This document shows positions 41,222 through 50,489 of a stretch of DNA of 64,000 nt, one piece after another. Position numbers and translations under genes: made by a program. The notes below the pieces were generated by a model that had not been told where the DNA came from, did no database searches, and worked only from the letters and a program-made list of their open reading frames with translations. The stretch is from the IMG/VR virus record IMGVR_UViG_3300017791_000124, positions 1,174-65,173 of that record. One strand, written 5' to 3'. How positions within the stretch are numbered: the first letter of the stretch is position 1; every line of letters begins with the position of its first letter. Source of the DNA: a virus.

Positions 41222-42454
41222 ATGGCAGCGATTCATAAGCTCAGCGCCGGCGCGGTCGAAGGCGAGATCAGGCGCAAGATCAAAACGCCGAAGCTCATCA
41301 ACGACGGCGGCGGGCTTTACCTGCAGGTCGCGCGCTCCGGATCGGTGTCGTGGATTCTCCGCTACCGCAGCCCGGTCACCGGCAAGAAGCGCGACATGGG
41401 ACTCGGCTCGGCGCACAAGCTGCCGATGAAGCGCGCACGCGAGGAAGCGAAGCGGTTGGGCGAGATGGTTCACGCCGGCCTCGATCCGATCGTTGAGCGC
41501 GATAAGGCTGGCAAGAACGCGGTCACCTTTCGCCAGCGCTTCGAGTACATGGACAAGCTGCAGCCGCGTTTCGGCTGGCGCGAGATGCTCGACATTCACG
41601 CGATGCCGGTGCTCGGCGACAAGCGCATCGACGCGATCACCACCGAAGACGTCGTCGGAATCATCGCCGGGCTGACCAACGCCGGCAAGCACGAGACCGC
41701 GCGCAAGCTGCAGCAACGGATTCAGGCGGTGATCCGCAGCGCGAAGAACAGCATCGATACGGTCGCGCACAAGGCGTACATCTGCAACACGCTGTCGAGC
41801 TTCAAGAAGGTGAAAAAGAACAAGGCATTTCCGTCGCTCGACTTCGAGAAGCTGCCGGCGTTCTTCCGCGAACTGCAAGCGCGTCCGGAGCTTGCCGCGC
41901 GCGCTCTTGAGTTCGTCACGCTCACCGTCTGCCGGCCGGGCTCGATCGTCGGCGTGCGATCGAAGTATGAGCGCAAGCCGCCGCTGCGCTGGACCGACAT
42001 CGACTTCAAGCGCCGGGTGTGGATCGTGCCGGCGGTGAAGACCGCCGATCAGCATGACCCGCAACCGTTCGAGATTCCGCTGAGCGATGCCGCGATGGAC
42101 GTGCTCGCGCGCGTGAAGGCGATGAAGCTGCACGACGAGATCGTCTTCGTGTCGCAGTATCACGCAGGCCCGATGGCAGTCTCGGCGATGCGTCAGCAGA
42201 CGATGCAGCGGATGCGTCCCGGTCTTACCGTCCACGGAATGCGGACGGCGTTTCGCACTTGGGTGGGCGAGAAGACCGACTTCAGCCGCGAACTGATCAA
42301 CACCGCGATGGCGCATCAGGTCTTCTCCGAGAACAAGGCGGAAGCGGCTTACAAGTCCAAGCTCAAGTTTTTCGCCAAGCGCCGCGCGATGATGGATCGC
42401 TGGGCCGACTACGTCACCGGCAAGAACAAGGTGGTTGCGCTCAAGGCTGCTTAG
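41222..42454 (+). CDS. int: Tyrosine integrase (P4-like, arm-binding N-terminal domain)
   Basis: DGGGLYLQV...SWILRY...MGLGS; catalytic R (TVCRPG), H..R (TVHGMR), H (MAH), Y (AAY); RRAMMDRWADY. Confidence 0.93.
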   Translation: MAAIHKLSAGAVEGEIRRKIKTPKLINDGGGLYLQVARSGSVSWILRYRSPVTGKKRDMGLGSAHKLPMKRAREEAKRLGEMVHAGLDPIVERDKAGKNAVTFRQRFEYMDKLQPRFGWREMLDIHAMPVLGDKRIDAITTEDVVGIIAGLTNAGKHETARKLQQRIQAVIRSAKNSIDTVAHKAYICNTLSSFKKVKKNKAFPSLDFEKLPAFFRELQARPELAARALEFVTLTVCRPGSIVGVRSKYERKPPLRWTDIDFKRRVWIVPAVKTADQHDPQPFEIPLSDAAMDVLARVKAMKLHDEIVFVSQYHAGPMAVSAMRQQTMQRMRPGLTVHGMRTAFRTWVGEKTDFSRELINTAMAHQVFSENKAEAAYKSKLKFFAKRRAMMDRWADYVTGKNKVVALKAA

Positions 42455-42755
42455 CATCGTCACGCCCTCGCATGCGTTTGCGCAAAGCCTTCAACTTTGC
42501 TTCCGCTTCTATGCGTCGCTTTTTTTCTTCCGCGAATGTTTCATGACCTTCGTGGCATTGCTGCCACCACGCACCGATGAGCGAGGCATCGTCCGGAGAA
42601 AACTGCGAGCAGTAGTGGAGACCTGTTACCGTCTGCCATGTTGGCGAGATGGTGCATGAACCTTCCTCTCGCTTCACTTGCTCAACAATGCTCAGCTTGG
42701 AATCGTAGCCCTCCCTTCTGTGTTCGTCGTAATGGCGACAGGTGAAGCACGCCAT
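42441..42755 (-). CDS. Cys-rich hypothetical protein
   Basis: CFTCRHY...CTISPTW...CSQF. Confidence 0.6.
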   Translation of the reverse strand: MACFTCRHYDEHRREGYDSKLSIVEQVKREEGSCTISPTWQTVTGLHYCSQFSPDDASLIGAWWQQCHEGHETFAEEKKRRIEAEAKLKALRKRMRGRDDAKQP

Positions 42756-42760
42756 CGCTC

Positions 42761-43165
42761 TCAGTCTCCATCGCGACGCCGCATGATCTGCGTCGGATTC
42801 ACGAGATGCATGACCGTGTAGGCGCGAAGCTGCGCGGTCAATTCGCGCCCCTCGTCGATCAGTTCGGCGATATGCAGGCGCACCGCTTCATCGGCGAGTC
42901 TGTCCTGATAGGCTGCGGCGTTGATGACTTGCTGCGTCTCTGACGCGTCGCCCGACTGCAGCGCGCGCTTGTAGCTCATGAAACGGCCGAGCCTGAGATC
43001 GGCAGCATGGTCGTGCTTGAACTTGCTCCAGACGTCGGCCCTGATCTTGCTCGCAACCTCGCCGCCCAACGCCGCCAGCTTGCCCGCTCGCTTCGTCGTC
43101 ACCGCCTTGGTCTGCGCCGGCTTTGTCTCGTCAGTCTTCTGAAAACTCTTGGTTGCCTTTGTCAT
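42761..43165 (-). CDS. Hypothetical protein
   Basis: GGAGGA RBS. Confidence 0.65.
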   Translation of the reverse strand: MTKATKSFQKTDETKPAQTKAVTTKRAGKLAALGGEVASKIRADVWSKFKHDHAADLRLGRFMSYKRALQSGDASETQQVINAAAYQDRLADEAVRLHIAELIDEGRELTAQLRAYTVMHLVNPTQIMRRRDGD

Positions 43166-43183
43166 CGATGGTCCTCCGTTGAT

Positions 43184-43387
43184 TCAACAGCCACTAGCAA
43201 CAGGATCGAGTCGCGATTTGTGCCTCACCATTTCCTCGTGCTGGCGATCGCACTGGCGGATGATCTTTGTCGCCATGCGCCGCATCGCCTTGGCGCGCTC
43301 GCGCGGTGGGACTTCCCAAAAAGCGCACAGCGCGTGGTGAAGGTAGCTTTCGAACTCTTCGATCGTTCGCTTCGGTCTCTTTCTCAT
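43184..43387 (-). CDS. Hypothetical protein
   Basis: Coupled chain of small ORFs. Confidence 0.55.
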   Translation of the reverse strand: MRKRPKRTIEEFESYLHHALCAFWEVPPRERAKAMRRMATKIIRQCDRQHEEMVRHKSRLDPVASGC

Positions 43388-43581
43388 CGGTGATCCTCCG
43401 CTGACGATAATCGCGACTCGACAATCCACGTGCTCTTGATGTCGCCGCTGTGGACCCAAGAAATCTGTACGTCGGCGTGGTGCCCATAGAATGCAAATCC
43501 GGTGACGGTCGCGGCGATCGAGTTGTCGCCGTCGATGCACACGCGCTCGAACAAGGCGAGCTTGCTGGTGAACGTTGCCAT
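43384..43581 (-). CDS. Hypothetical protein
   Basis: Coupled chain of small ORFs. Confidence 0.55.
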   Translation of the reverse strand: MATFTSKLALFERVCIDGDNSIAATVTGFAFYGHHADVQISWVHSGDIKSTWIVESRLSSAEDHR

Positions 43582-43826
43582 CACTGCTCCCTCACCCGCA
43601 CCGGCACCCGGGTGTTCGAGAGGATCGGCACCGACGGGATGTTCTCCTGCGCCAGATGCGCCGCCGCCATCTCGACCTTGAGCGTGTCGAGGATCGCGCG
43701 CGCGAGGCTGATGTGCATCCGCGCTTCCGACGACGAGATTTTCTTCTCGTCGACCTGCTTCCAGATGTCCAACAGCTTCGCGCGAATGTCGGCTGTGTCC
43801 TTGATCACCCTAGCTGGAATGCTCAT
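43581..43826 (-). CDS. Hypothetical protein
   Basis: Coupled chain of small ORFs. Confidence 0.6.
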   Translation of the reverse strand: MSIPARVIKDTADIRAKLLDIWKQVDEKKISSSEARMHISLARAILDTLKVEMAAAHLAQENIPSVPILSNTRVPVRVREQ

Positions 43827-44074
43827 CGTGCCAATCTCCTGTTGAGCTTGCGGAGCAGCCCTTGCAGATTTCCGATCTGTCGTTCGGCTTGCTCGATCTC
43901 TTCGCGCTCGCGCCGGCGCGTCTCACCAGTGGCTCGCGCTTGCGCGCTCAACGCCGGCCGGCAGGTCGTGCAGCGCTCGAACTCGTGAACCTCCAGCGGC
44001 TCGCCGCAAGCGAGGCATTGCCGGTTGCCGTGCATGCCGGGCAGCCGGCTTTCCGATTCAAGGCGCCGTCTCAT
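43823..44074 (-). CDS. Zn-ribbon plus coiled-coil small protein
   Basis: CLACG...CTTC. Confidence 0.55.
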   Translation of the reverse strand: MRRRLESESRLPGMHGNRQCLACGEPLEVHEFERCTTCRPALSAQARATGETRRREREEIEQAERQIGNLQGLLRKLNRRLAR

Positions 44075-45135
44075 GCCGCATCCTTTTTCCGCAGCCGGCC
44101 ATCGCGCACCAATTCGTCGAGGCATTTCTTCAAGAACGTCTGATCAGCGCAGCCGGTCGAGCGTGACAATTCCTCGACCGTCCACACATGGGGCGCGGTG
44201 TTGCGGAGCAGATCGAGAACCGTGCGCTTCAGCTTCTCGGCATCCGCCGGGCTCGGCGGCATGTCCCGCCATCCGCGTTCGAGCCGGTTGACGCGCTCGA
44301 TCGTCTTGCGCGCGTCCTCGATCATTCGCTCGCGCACTTCCGCTTCAAGCGCCACGCGCTCGGCCGCTATCTGCTCGCGTTCGATCTGCTCGCGCTCGCG
44401 TCGCGCAAGCTCTTGTCGCGCCGCGCGATTGAATGCGTCTTGCGCGAAAGCCGTCGCTTCGCGCTCTGCCGCCTCGCGCGCTTGCTGCTCCAGTCGCTCC
44501 CTGTGCTCCTGCGCCTCGCGTGCCTTCTGCTCGCGCCTGCGCGCGCGGGCCTCACGCGCTACCTTCTCGCGCTTGCGCCGGGCCCGCTCATCGGCCTTGT
44601 TCAACTCGCCGCGCTCGTCGAGCTTCCACTGCGGGACGAAGTGGCGACCTTCGACCTTGCCGAACCTGATTTCGCGCGTCGGCGCCGCTGCGTTCCATTC
44701 GGCGTCGGTGATCCTCTCGCGCAGCTTGCGCCGCTCTTTTGCTTGCTCGTGCTCGCGCTGCTCGCGCTCCAGTTCGGCGGCGGCGATCGCCTTCTCGTGC
44801 TCGCGGATCGCGCGGCGTGCCCACCACCGGCTCGATCGCGCCAGCCGCTGCTCGCGCTGCTCGGGCGTCTCGGGCGGGCGCGCGCGGATCGGCACCGGAC
44901 CCGCCTTGCGCACGATGTCGGGCTGGATGGTGTAGGGCCTCTGCCAGAACTCAAGCTCTTCGAGCGACACCGTGTCGGTGCAACACAGCGTGCCGTTGGC
45001 GATGCCGCGCGCCTTCACGTATTCCAGAAATGCGTGATCGTCGGCGTCGAGATCACGCGCCCAGAACCCATTATGCATGAGGCTGTAGAGATGCCGGGAA
45101 AATGATGTCCGGTAAACATAGGGCCGCGTCGCCAT
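44071..45135 (-). CDS. Coiled-coil protein with C-terminal wHTH-like domain
   Basis: Long E/R/A-rich helix; WTVEELSRSTG...LDELVRDGRL. Confidence 0.65.
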   Translation of the reverse strand: MATRPYVYRTSFSRHLYSLMHNGFWARDLDADDHAFLEYVKARGIANGTLCCTDTVSLEELEFWQRPYTIQPDIVRKAGPVPIRARPPETPEQREQRLARSSRWWARRAIREHEKAIAAAELEREQREHEQAKERRKLRERITDAEWNAAAPTREIRFGKVEGRHFVPQWKLDERGELNKADERARRKREKVAREARARRREQKAREAQEHRERLEQQAREAAEREATAFAQDAFNRAARQELARREREQIEREQIAAERVALEAEVRERMIEDARKTIERVNRLERGWRDMPPSPADAEKLKRTVLDLLRNTAPHVWTVEELSRSTGCADQTFLKKCLDELVRDGRLRKKDAA

Positions 45136-45138
45136 CGC

Positions 45139-45351
45139 TCATCCGCTCATTGCATGGTCCGCTTTCTTTCGATCCCGCGTCGCGATCTTGCTCTCGACAT
45201 AGCGATCGATCTCATCCTCGATCCAGCCGACTGCGCGGTTGCCGATCTTCACGGTGCGCGGGAAGCGGCCTTCGCTCATCAGCGCGTAGATCGTCCCCTT
45301 CGGGTGCCCGGTGCGGCGCTCGACTTCGGGCAAACGAATGATCGTCTTCAT
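45139..45351 (-). CDS. alpA: AlpA-family regulator/excisionase
   Basis: IIRLPEVERRTG..KGTIY....GRFP..VKIG.RAVGW...EID. Confidence 0.92.
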   Translation of the reverse strand: MKTIIRLPEVERRTGHPKGTIYALMSEGRFPRTVKIGNRAVGWIEDEIDRYVESKIATRDRKKADHAMSG

Positions 45352-45560
45352 CGGTCCTCCTTGCGCAGCAAGTCTTGCAGGATCAGCACAGCTTGCGTCA
45401 GGTTGCGCTCTTGTTGACGCGTCATCGTCACCGTGATGGGGCCTTCTCTTTCCAAGTACGCCGCCAGATCACGCGCGCGTGCGGCATCAGTCTCTTCTAT
45501 TGAGGCACGCAGCGGGCCGAGCAGGTCGAGCAGCAATCGCACGGTGTCGGCGTCCATCAT
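45348..45560 (-). CDS. Hypothetical protein
   Basis: Coupled ORF. Confidence 0.55.
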   Translation of the reverse strand: MMDADTVRLLLDLLGPLRASIEETDAARARDLAAYLEREGPITVTMTRQQERNLTQAVLILQDLLRKEDR

Positions 45561-45648
45561 TTCGTCACGACGCTGACAACCGCCCAGATGATCACCCCCC
45601 ACGTCAGCAAAGAACCGCCCACGGCGATCCACCGGATTTGTGTGTCGC

Positions 45649-45882
45649 TCATGTCGGCGTCGCCTTCCGCTCGGCTTCGATCTCCATTGCCTTGAGCCTC
45701 TCGCGCATGTTGTTCACCAAGCCCTTCATGGTCCCTTCCATTTTCACGAACGCGTTGTGATCGGCTTCAGCTTCGGCGAGCTTGCGTTCGGTCTCGCGCG
45801 CGTGCGTCGAGACCAGCTTGAGCACGCCGTCGAGTCCGGAAAGCTCTTCGCGTAGTGCGCGGATCGGATCAAAGTCGCTCAT
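45649..45882 (-). CDS. Coiled-coil hypothetical protein
   Basis: Coupled ORF. Confidence 0.55.
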   Translation of the reverse strand: MSDFDPIRALREELSGLDGVLKLVSTHARETERKLAEAEADHNAFVKMEGTMKGLVNNMRERLKAMEIEAERKATPT

Positions 45883-46121
45883 CCTTGCTCCCCGCGACAC
45901 CAAACATCGGCCACGCGGCTCGCGCAGCATCGATCAATGAACGCGACAGCTTCTGACAAAACCCTGTCCCGCCTCTCAACCGGCACGTCGGCGAGCGCGA
46001 AGCCCATGATGCCGGCACAGGCGGAAATGACGTCGACGACGTCGGTCCCGTCGGGGATCGCGTTACTGATCGTTATCGCGAGCCGATCCATGTAGACGTC
46101 ATAGTCGCTGCGCGTCGTCAT
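45879..46121 (-). CDS. Hypothetical protein
   Basis: Coupled ORF. Confidence 0.55.
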   Translation of the reverse strand: MTTRSDYDVYMDRLAITISNAIPDGTDVVDVISACAGIMGFALADVPVERRDRVLSEAVAFIDRCCASRVADVWCRGEQG

Positions 46122-46383
46122 CGGCTTCCCCTTCCTCGAACAGCGGCGGCGCCTGTTCGCGCGCATCGATTGGCCGAACCGGCGACTGCAGCGCCGCGAG
46201 CTTCACGTGCATCACCAGCGCCTCGATCTCGCGCTTGAGCAAATTACAATTCTTGGTGTGCTCGTCGTCGTGGTCGCTGCCATCGAACGCGACCTTGCAT
46301 GTTTTGGTCGCGGTGTGCGCGATGCGCCGCGCCTCGCTGGCGATCTGGCGGTTGAGTAGATAACGGCGCAGCGGCGCGGTCAT
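46099..46383 (-). CDS. Hypothetical protein
   Basis: ORF directly downstream of guide block A. Confidence 0.55.
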   Translation of the reverse strand: MTAPLRRYLLNRQIASEARRIAHTATKTCKVAFDGSDHDDEHTKNCNLLKREIEALVMHVKLAALQSPVRPIDAREQAPPLFEEGEADDDAQRL

Positions 46384-46408
46384 GATCTATCGGCCTATCG
46401 TGAATAAA

Positions 46409-46505
46409 GTGCGCCCGGCAGGCGCATCGTGGAGTTCAGCGTTACCTTGGCCGGGCGCGGCGGTCGCACATGCTCAATGGAGTTCAATTGCAATTTGGCG
46501 ACCGC
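46409..46505 (-). ncRNA. TIGR-like stem-loop guide array, block A (2 units)
   Basis: Constant stems and TGAACTCCA loop repeat separated by exactly 9-nt variable spacers. Confidence 0.85.
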
Positions 46506-46530
46506 ATTCTGTGTGTTGGTCATCGGCCCT

Positions 46531-46947
46531 TCACCGGATAATGTGATCGCGATCGGCCGGCGGCGGGTTGTCTGTGGCTATTGTCAATCCGCGCGGCAGC
46601 AAGCCCTGACCATTATTGCGGCGCATCGCGTTGGGCGTGATCGTCGTGGGGGCGACCGTTGCGCGCACGTTGTCGAGCTTCGCGGTCGCTTCATTCAATT
46701 GTGTTTCGGCTTTCATCAGATCATCGACCAGCCGACTATTGCGAAGCTCAAGATCGCGGTTGCGTTGCTGCAGGTCCGCGATCTCGCCGTTCAGCTTGTC
46801 GATCGCCTGCTCGCGCTCTTCAGCCTCTTGCATAAGGCGCGCGCGATCTTGCGCCGTCTCGGCGATGTCGGCGTACAGTAAGTGACCTTGCTCGGTGAGC
46901 TTGTCGATCAGGATTTTCGCGCCGGCGAGCTTGTCTACCGTGATCAT
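46531..46947 (-). CDS. Coiled-coil hypothetical protein
   Basis: GGAGGA RBS; heptad pattern. Confidence 0.65.
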   Translation of the reverse strand: MITVDKLAGAKILIDKLTEQGHLLYADIAETAQDRARLMQEAEEREQAIDKLNGEIADLQQRNRDLELRNSRLVDDLMKAETQLNEATAKLDNVRATVAPTTITPNAMRRNNGQGLLPRGLTIATDNPPPADRDHIIR

Positions 46948-47062
46948 GTCTTCCTCCCTGTTGAAACGAGCGGACAGGAGAAGCGAGCGATGGTCGTCAC
47001 CACGCCTCGCCGCAAGCGCGCGTCTTGCGTCCGGTCTCCTGCCCATTCCGCCGGCTCGAAAC

Positions 47063-47545
47063 TCATTGCAGTGTTCCCCGCATTGGCAGCATGCCGACAA
47101 ACCGTCCTTCGAAGTGTGCCGGCTCCATGAATTCGAGCGGGCCGAGCTTCGGCCGGTTGCCGTTGCCCGGGCGCGTGATGACGCGCTGCGCGGTCAGCAT
47201 GCCGGTCTCGTCTTCGGCCTGATACATCAGCGCTTCAATGCGGTTCGGATGATCGCTGAGCCCGTGCCGCGCGATCTCGTGCAGTTCGTCGTCGCTGAAG
47301 CCGGCTGGCGCGTAAAGCTGCCAAGCCTCGTTGACAAACACATAGCGCACCACGTCGTTAAGTTCGAAGTAAGCGCGCATCAGCAGCGCGGCGATGTCCT
47401 TGTCGAACGGCGGTGATGGCACGATTTTGTGCTCGCCGGATTCCGTGATGCTGTGCCACATCGGCAGAATCTCGCCGGCGTTGTCGAATATCTGCGTGAC
47501 CTTCGCGTCGGTCTTGATGATGAAATCGCGCAGTGTGTCGATCAT
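47063..47545 (-). CDS. Hypothetical protein coupled to the TasA-like gene
   Basis: ATGA overlap with the 47542 stop; YVFVNEAW...HPNRIE...GRF. Confidence 0.7.
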   Translation of the reverse strand: MIDTLRDFIIKTDAKVTQIFDNAGEILPMWHSITESGEHKIVPSPPFDKDIAALLMRAYFELNDVVRYVFVNEAWQLYAPAGFSDDELHEIARHGLSDHPNRIEALMYQAEDETGMLTAQRVITRPGNGNRPKLGPLEFMEPAHFEGRFVGMLPMRGTLQ

Positions 47546-48396
47546 CGTGGCGGCGGCGAAATTCTGTCGCCGTCCTCTTTCTTGTTTCGCGTAGGCTTCG
47601 CCGTCGTGGCGCAGCGATCCCACTCATTCCACAAGTCGAGCAAAAACTTTTTCATCGTAACGCGTAGCGCGTCCTTGCGACGGTGTCCGTCGCTCCAGTC
47701 GGGATGAGTTTCCTTGGTGTGCTCGCGCCGCTCGGCGTAGATTGCACCGTAGGGCCCGTTCGGCTTGCCCTCGCCGCTTTCGCTTTTCTTCGCGCCGATC
47801 CATTGGGCGTTGACCAACCATGTCGCGATCTGCGCCATCAGCGCATAGCGCTCACCGGAAAAGGGATTCTCAGTCCACTCTTCGGCTGACAACGCACGCG
47901 GTCGCCACGTCTGGCGCTTCCACGTGCTGCCAGCGTGGCCGTCATAGGGCGCGAAGCCGAGCCGCTTCCAAACCTTCGCGGGATACGCGTAGTCGGAGAG
48001 ATTGCCGGTCTCGGCGATGATGGTGGCGAGCCCCAGCGCGCCCGCGCCACGGATCGCTTCAACATACGGATACACTGGCAATTCCTTCGCGGCACGCTCC
48101 ATCGCTCTTTCGGCGGCAGCGCGCTTCTCGTCGGCCGGCTTACGGGCCTCGTCGCACATGCGGACCTCGTCGGCGAACTGGTGATCGGCGCCGGCACGGA
48201 TTCGCTCGATCAGCGCCTTGACCTCGCGGTTGGCTTTCTCTCGATCCTTCTCATCGGCGTTCGGATTCCACTCTGTTGCATTGATGCGGATAAAACTTTC
48301 GAGCGATCGGTCGAGCTTCTGTTGCACTTTCATCGCGAAGCGGCGCTGGCGATGCAGTCCGCGAATCAAAGCGATGGTCTCGGCGAGATCAGTCAT
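47542..48396 (-). CDS. tasA: TasA-like RNA-binding protein (IS110 C-terminal/Nop domain, no nuclease domain)
   Basis: Coiled coil then IRGAGALGLATIIAETGNLSDY..PAKVWKRLGFAP (IS110/Nop-type motif) and YGAIYAERR...H...ALRVTMKKFLLDLW; 284 aa with no RuvC/DEDD or HNH; begins just downstream of guide block B. Confidence 0.82.
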   Translation of the reverse strand: MTDLAETIALIRGLHRQRRFAMKVQQKLDRSLESFIRINATEWNPNADEKDREKANREVKALIERIRAGADHQFADEVRMCDEARKPADEKRAAAERAMERAAKELPVYPYVEAIRGAGALGLATIIAETGNLSDYAYPAKVWKRLGFAPYDGHAGSTWKRQTWRPRALSAEEWTENPFSGERYALMAQIATWLVNAQWIGAKKSESGEGKPNGPYGAIYAERREHTKETHPDWSDGHRRKDALRVTMKKFLLDLWNEWDRCATTAKPTRNKKEDGDRISPPPR

Positions 48397-48421
48397 GGAG
48401 TCATGCTCCGTTGGTGAAAGA

Positions 48422-48633
48422 GAGAGCGCCCGGCACATCGCGAATGGAGTTCAGAAGGTCCATGGCCGGGCGCAGCGGTCGCATTGGCGGCTTGGAGTTC
48501 ACAGCCGATCTGGCGACCGCGTTCGAGATGAGAGCGCCCGGCAGCGGCGCGCTGGAGTTCATGCGTTGCTTGGCCGGGCGCGGCGGTCGCATCGCAGCAT
48601 TGGAGTTCATCAGCCATCGGGCGACCGCGTTCG
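48422..48633 (-). ncRNA. TIGR-like stem-loop guide array, block B (4 units)
   Basis: Eight 9-nt spacers between conserved CCA/TG-bounded repeats. Confidence 0.88.
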
Positions 48634-48636
48634 TGA

Positions 48637-49323
48637 TCATTGCCGAGCATCCTCGATCGGCTCGGCTTTGTGGGCGCTGGCGATCAAGTCGTGCGCAACT
48701 CTTATGCTCCCATCGCGGATCACTTCGGCGGCTTTGATCTTCGCCGCCTTGAGCTTGGCTTCGACGACGTTCGGCGGGACTGCGTCTCGAACCTTGGTGA
48801 AGGGCTCGGACGCGACGCAATGGTCATTCAGCATCAGCAGTAAGATCGACTCGACGGCATCGTCATAGCCGCGTTGCAGAAAAGATGTTGCAGTGCTTGC
48901 CTGACTCTCGGCAATCGCGCGGAGTTCGTGGATATGGATGTCGCCGAGCCGGCCTGCGCCGCGAATCCGCCGCTCGAATATCTCGTGTCGGATCACCGTC
49001 CCGGCTTTGACGGTGCCGGCCTTCTGCGCCGCGCTCGGTGTGCCGAGCTTGACACGCCGATGCGGACCTTCACGGCGGCGACCTATCGGCTTCGGCGACT
49101 TCGACGGCTTCGGTGAGAGTGTCGGCGCCTCTGCCGTTTCTGGCGTCTCCGTCTTCAGCGGCAGCCGATCGAGATAGTCGGCCGCGAGCGCAATCAGTAA
49201 CGGTCGCTTGGCATTCTCCATAAGCATGCTCGCGAACTTCGGCGCGGCCTTCGTCACGTTGCCGTCGGTCGACTTCAGAATTTCGATGGCGGCAGTGCGG
49301 AGCTTATCGGTCGTGGTGTTCAT
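48637..49323 (-). CDS. Hypothetical protein between guide blocks B and C (candidate TIGR accessory)
   Basis: GGAGGA RBS before ATG 49323; fills the gap between two arrays. Confidence 0.7.
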   Translation of the reverse strand: MNTTTDKLRTAAIEILKSTDGNVTKAAPKFASMLMENAKRPLLIALAADYLDRLPLKTETPETAEAPTLSPKPSKSPKPIGRRREGPHRRVKLGTPSAAQKAGTVKAGTVIRHEIFERRIRGAGRLGDIHIHELRAIAESQASTATSFLQRGYDDAVESILLLMLNDHCVASEPFTKVRDAVPPNVVEAKLKAAKIKAAEVIRDGSIRVAHDLIASAHKAEPIEDARQ

Positions 49324-49348
49324 CAAGACGTTCCTCCGTTTCAAATTA

Positions 49349-49877
49349 GTGCGCCCGGCATCAGCTTGTGGGAGTTCATGAGCCTCTTGGCCGGGCGCGG
49401 CGGTCGCAGCGCGAGTGTGGAGTTCATCGGTGCCACGGCGACCGCGTTCGAGAAGAGAGCGCCCGGCAACTGACATGCGGAGTTCATCACCCTCTTGGCC
49501 GGGCGCAGCGGTCGCAAACGATGGATGGAGTTCACGTCACCATTGGCGACCGCGTTCGAATGGAGAGCGCCCGGCACTCGATTTTTGGAGTTCAGACCAA
49601 GGATGGCCGGGCGCGGCGGTCGCACTCCACGTTCGGAGTTCAGATGACGATTGGCGACCGCGTTCGAGATGAGAGCGCCCGGCATGGCTTCGTTGGAGTT
49701 CAGCCCATCCAAGGCCGGGCGCGGCGGTCGCAGCGCGATTGTGGAGTTCACTGTGTTGCTGGCGACCGCGTTCGAGATGAGAGCGCCCGGCAAGCGAGCT
49801 TTGGAGTTCACGGGTAGGATGGCCGGGCGCAGCGGTCGCAACGCCAGCATGGAGTTCATGTGTTCATTAGCGACCGC
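49349..49877 (-). ncRNA. TIGR-like stem-loop guide array, block C (10 units, 108-nt two-unit period)
   Basis: Twenty distinct 9-nt spacers; alternating GCGGTCG/CGACCGC and GCGCCCGG/CCGGGCGC stems. Confidence 0.9.
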
Positions 49878-49888
49878 ATTTCGATTGA

Positions 49889-50275
49889 TCATCGGCGGCA
49901 TCTCCATGTCCGTCCGTAAAACACCTTCCGCATTTTGTGCCGCGCGCAGATGTCGAGCTTCACGACCTTGGTGCGCAAACGCCGGTGCCGGGACGGCTGC
50001 AGGGCTGGGGGGCTCACTGCCGCCCCGGGCACCGCGTCCACTGCGCCGCTCTCTCGTGCGTTAGCGACGTAGCGAACCTGTGTGGCCGGCGGCATGTCAT
50101 AGAGCGGACGCCACCGCTGGCGGAACGTGTTGTCGTCTTCGCGCCGCGCTGTGATGCCTTCGGTCGCGACCGCCACCGGCGCGATCGGCGGCGAGGCTTT
50201 CCTAGGTCCGGCCACACCCGCGATCGCGAACGAGATCACAGGGATTGCGGCGAGCATGAAAGACCAGCGAACCAT
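49889..50275 (-). CDS. Secreted/membrane-anchored hypothetical protein
   Basis: N-terminal hydrophobic segment; C-terminal DICARHKMRKV...TWRCRR. Confidence 0.6.
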   Translation of the reverse strand: MVRWSFMLAAIPVISFAIAGVAGPRKASPPIAPVAVATEGITARREDDNTFRQRWRPLYDMPPATQVRYVANARESGAVDAVPGAAVSPPALQPSRHRRLRTKVVKLDICARHKMRKVFYGRTWRCRR

Positions 50276-50285
50276 GGCGTGCCTT

Positions 50286-50489
50286 TCACTTGCGCGGCAG
50301 ACCTGCGACGTATTGATCGATGCTCACTTGCGTGACACGCGTCATGCGCGCGCCGCCCTTCACGATTTCAAGCTTGCCGGTATCGATCAGCCGATAGACT
50401 TGCGCGCGACTGACACTAAGCTGTCGCGCCGCATCCTTCACTGTGCGCAGCTTGACGTCGCCGCCATCGTCATCGCTGCGCTTGTTCAT
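50286..50489 (-). CDS. Excisionase-like HTH (MerR/HTH_17) protein
   Basis: TVKDAARQLSVSRAQVYRLIDTGKL. Confidence 0.85.
   Translation of the reverse strand: MNKRSDDDGGDVKLRTVKDAARQLSVSRAQVYRLIDTGKLEIVKGGARMTRVTQVSIDQYVAGLPRK

Noticed and set aside
40892-42463. Long antisense ORFs (e.g. 523 aa opposite int, 543 aa opposite the vWA gene, 480 aa opposite the portal)
   Set aside because: These are shadow frames typical of high-GC coding DNA and show no motifs.
47542-48396. Annotating the gene as an IS110 transposase or pseudogene
   Set aside because: There is no N-terminal DEDD RuvC domain and no sign of decay. The ORF is intact, coupled within the operon and flanked by guide arrays.
49341-50064. 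ORFs across the guide arrays with repeating peptides (e.g. 49341-49907, 49368-49817, 48401-48820, 51548-52027)
   Set aside because: The 108-nt period is a multiple of 3 and GC-rich, so open frames arise by chance. Conservation is at the nucleotide and stem level, with fixed 9-nt variable windows.
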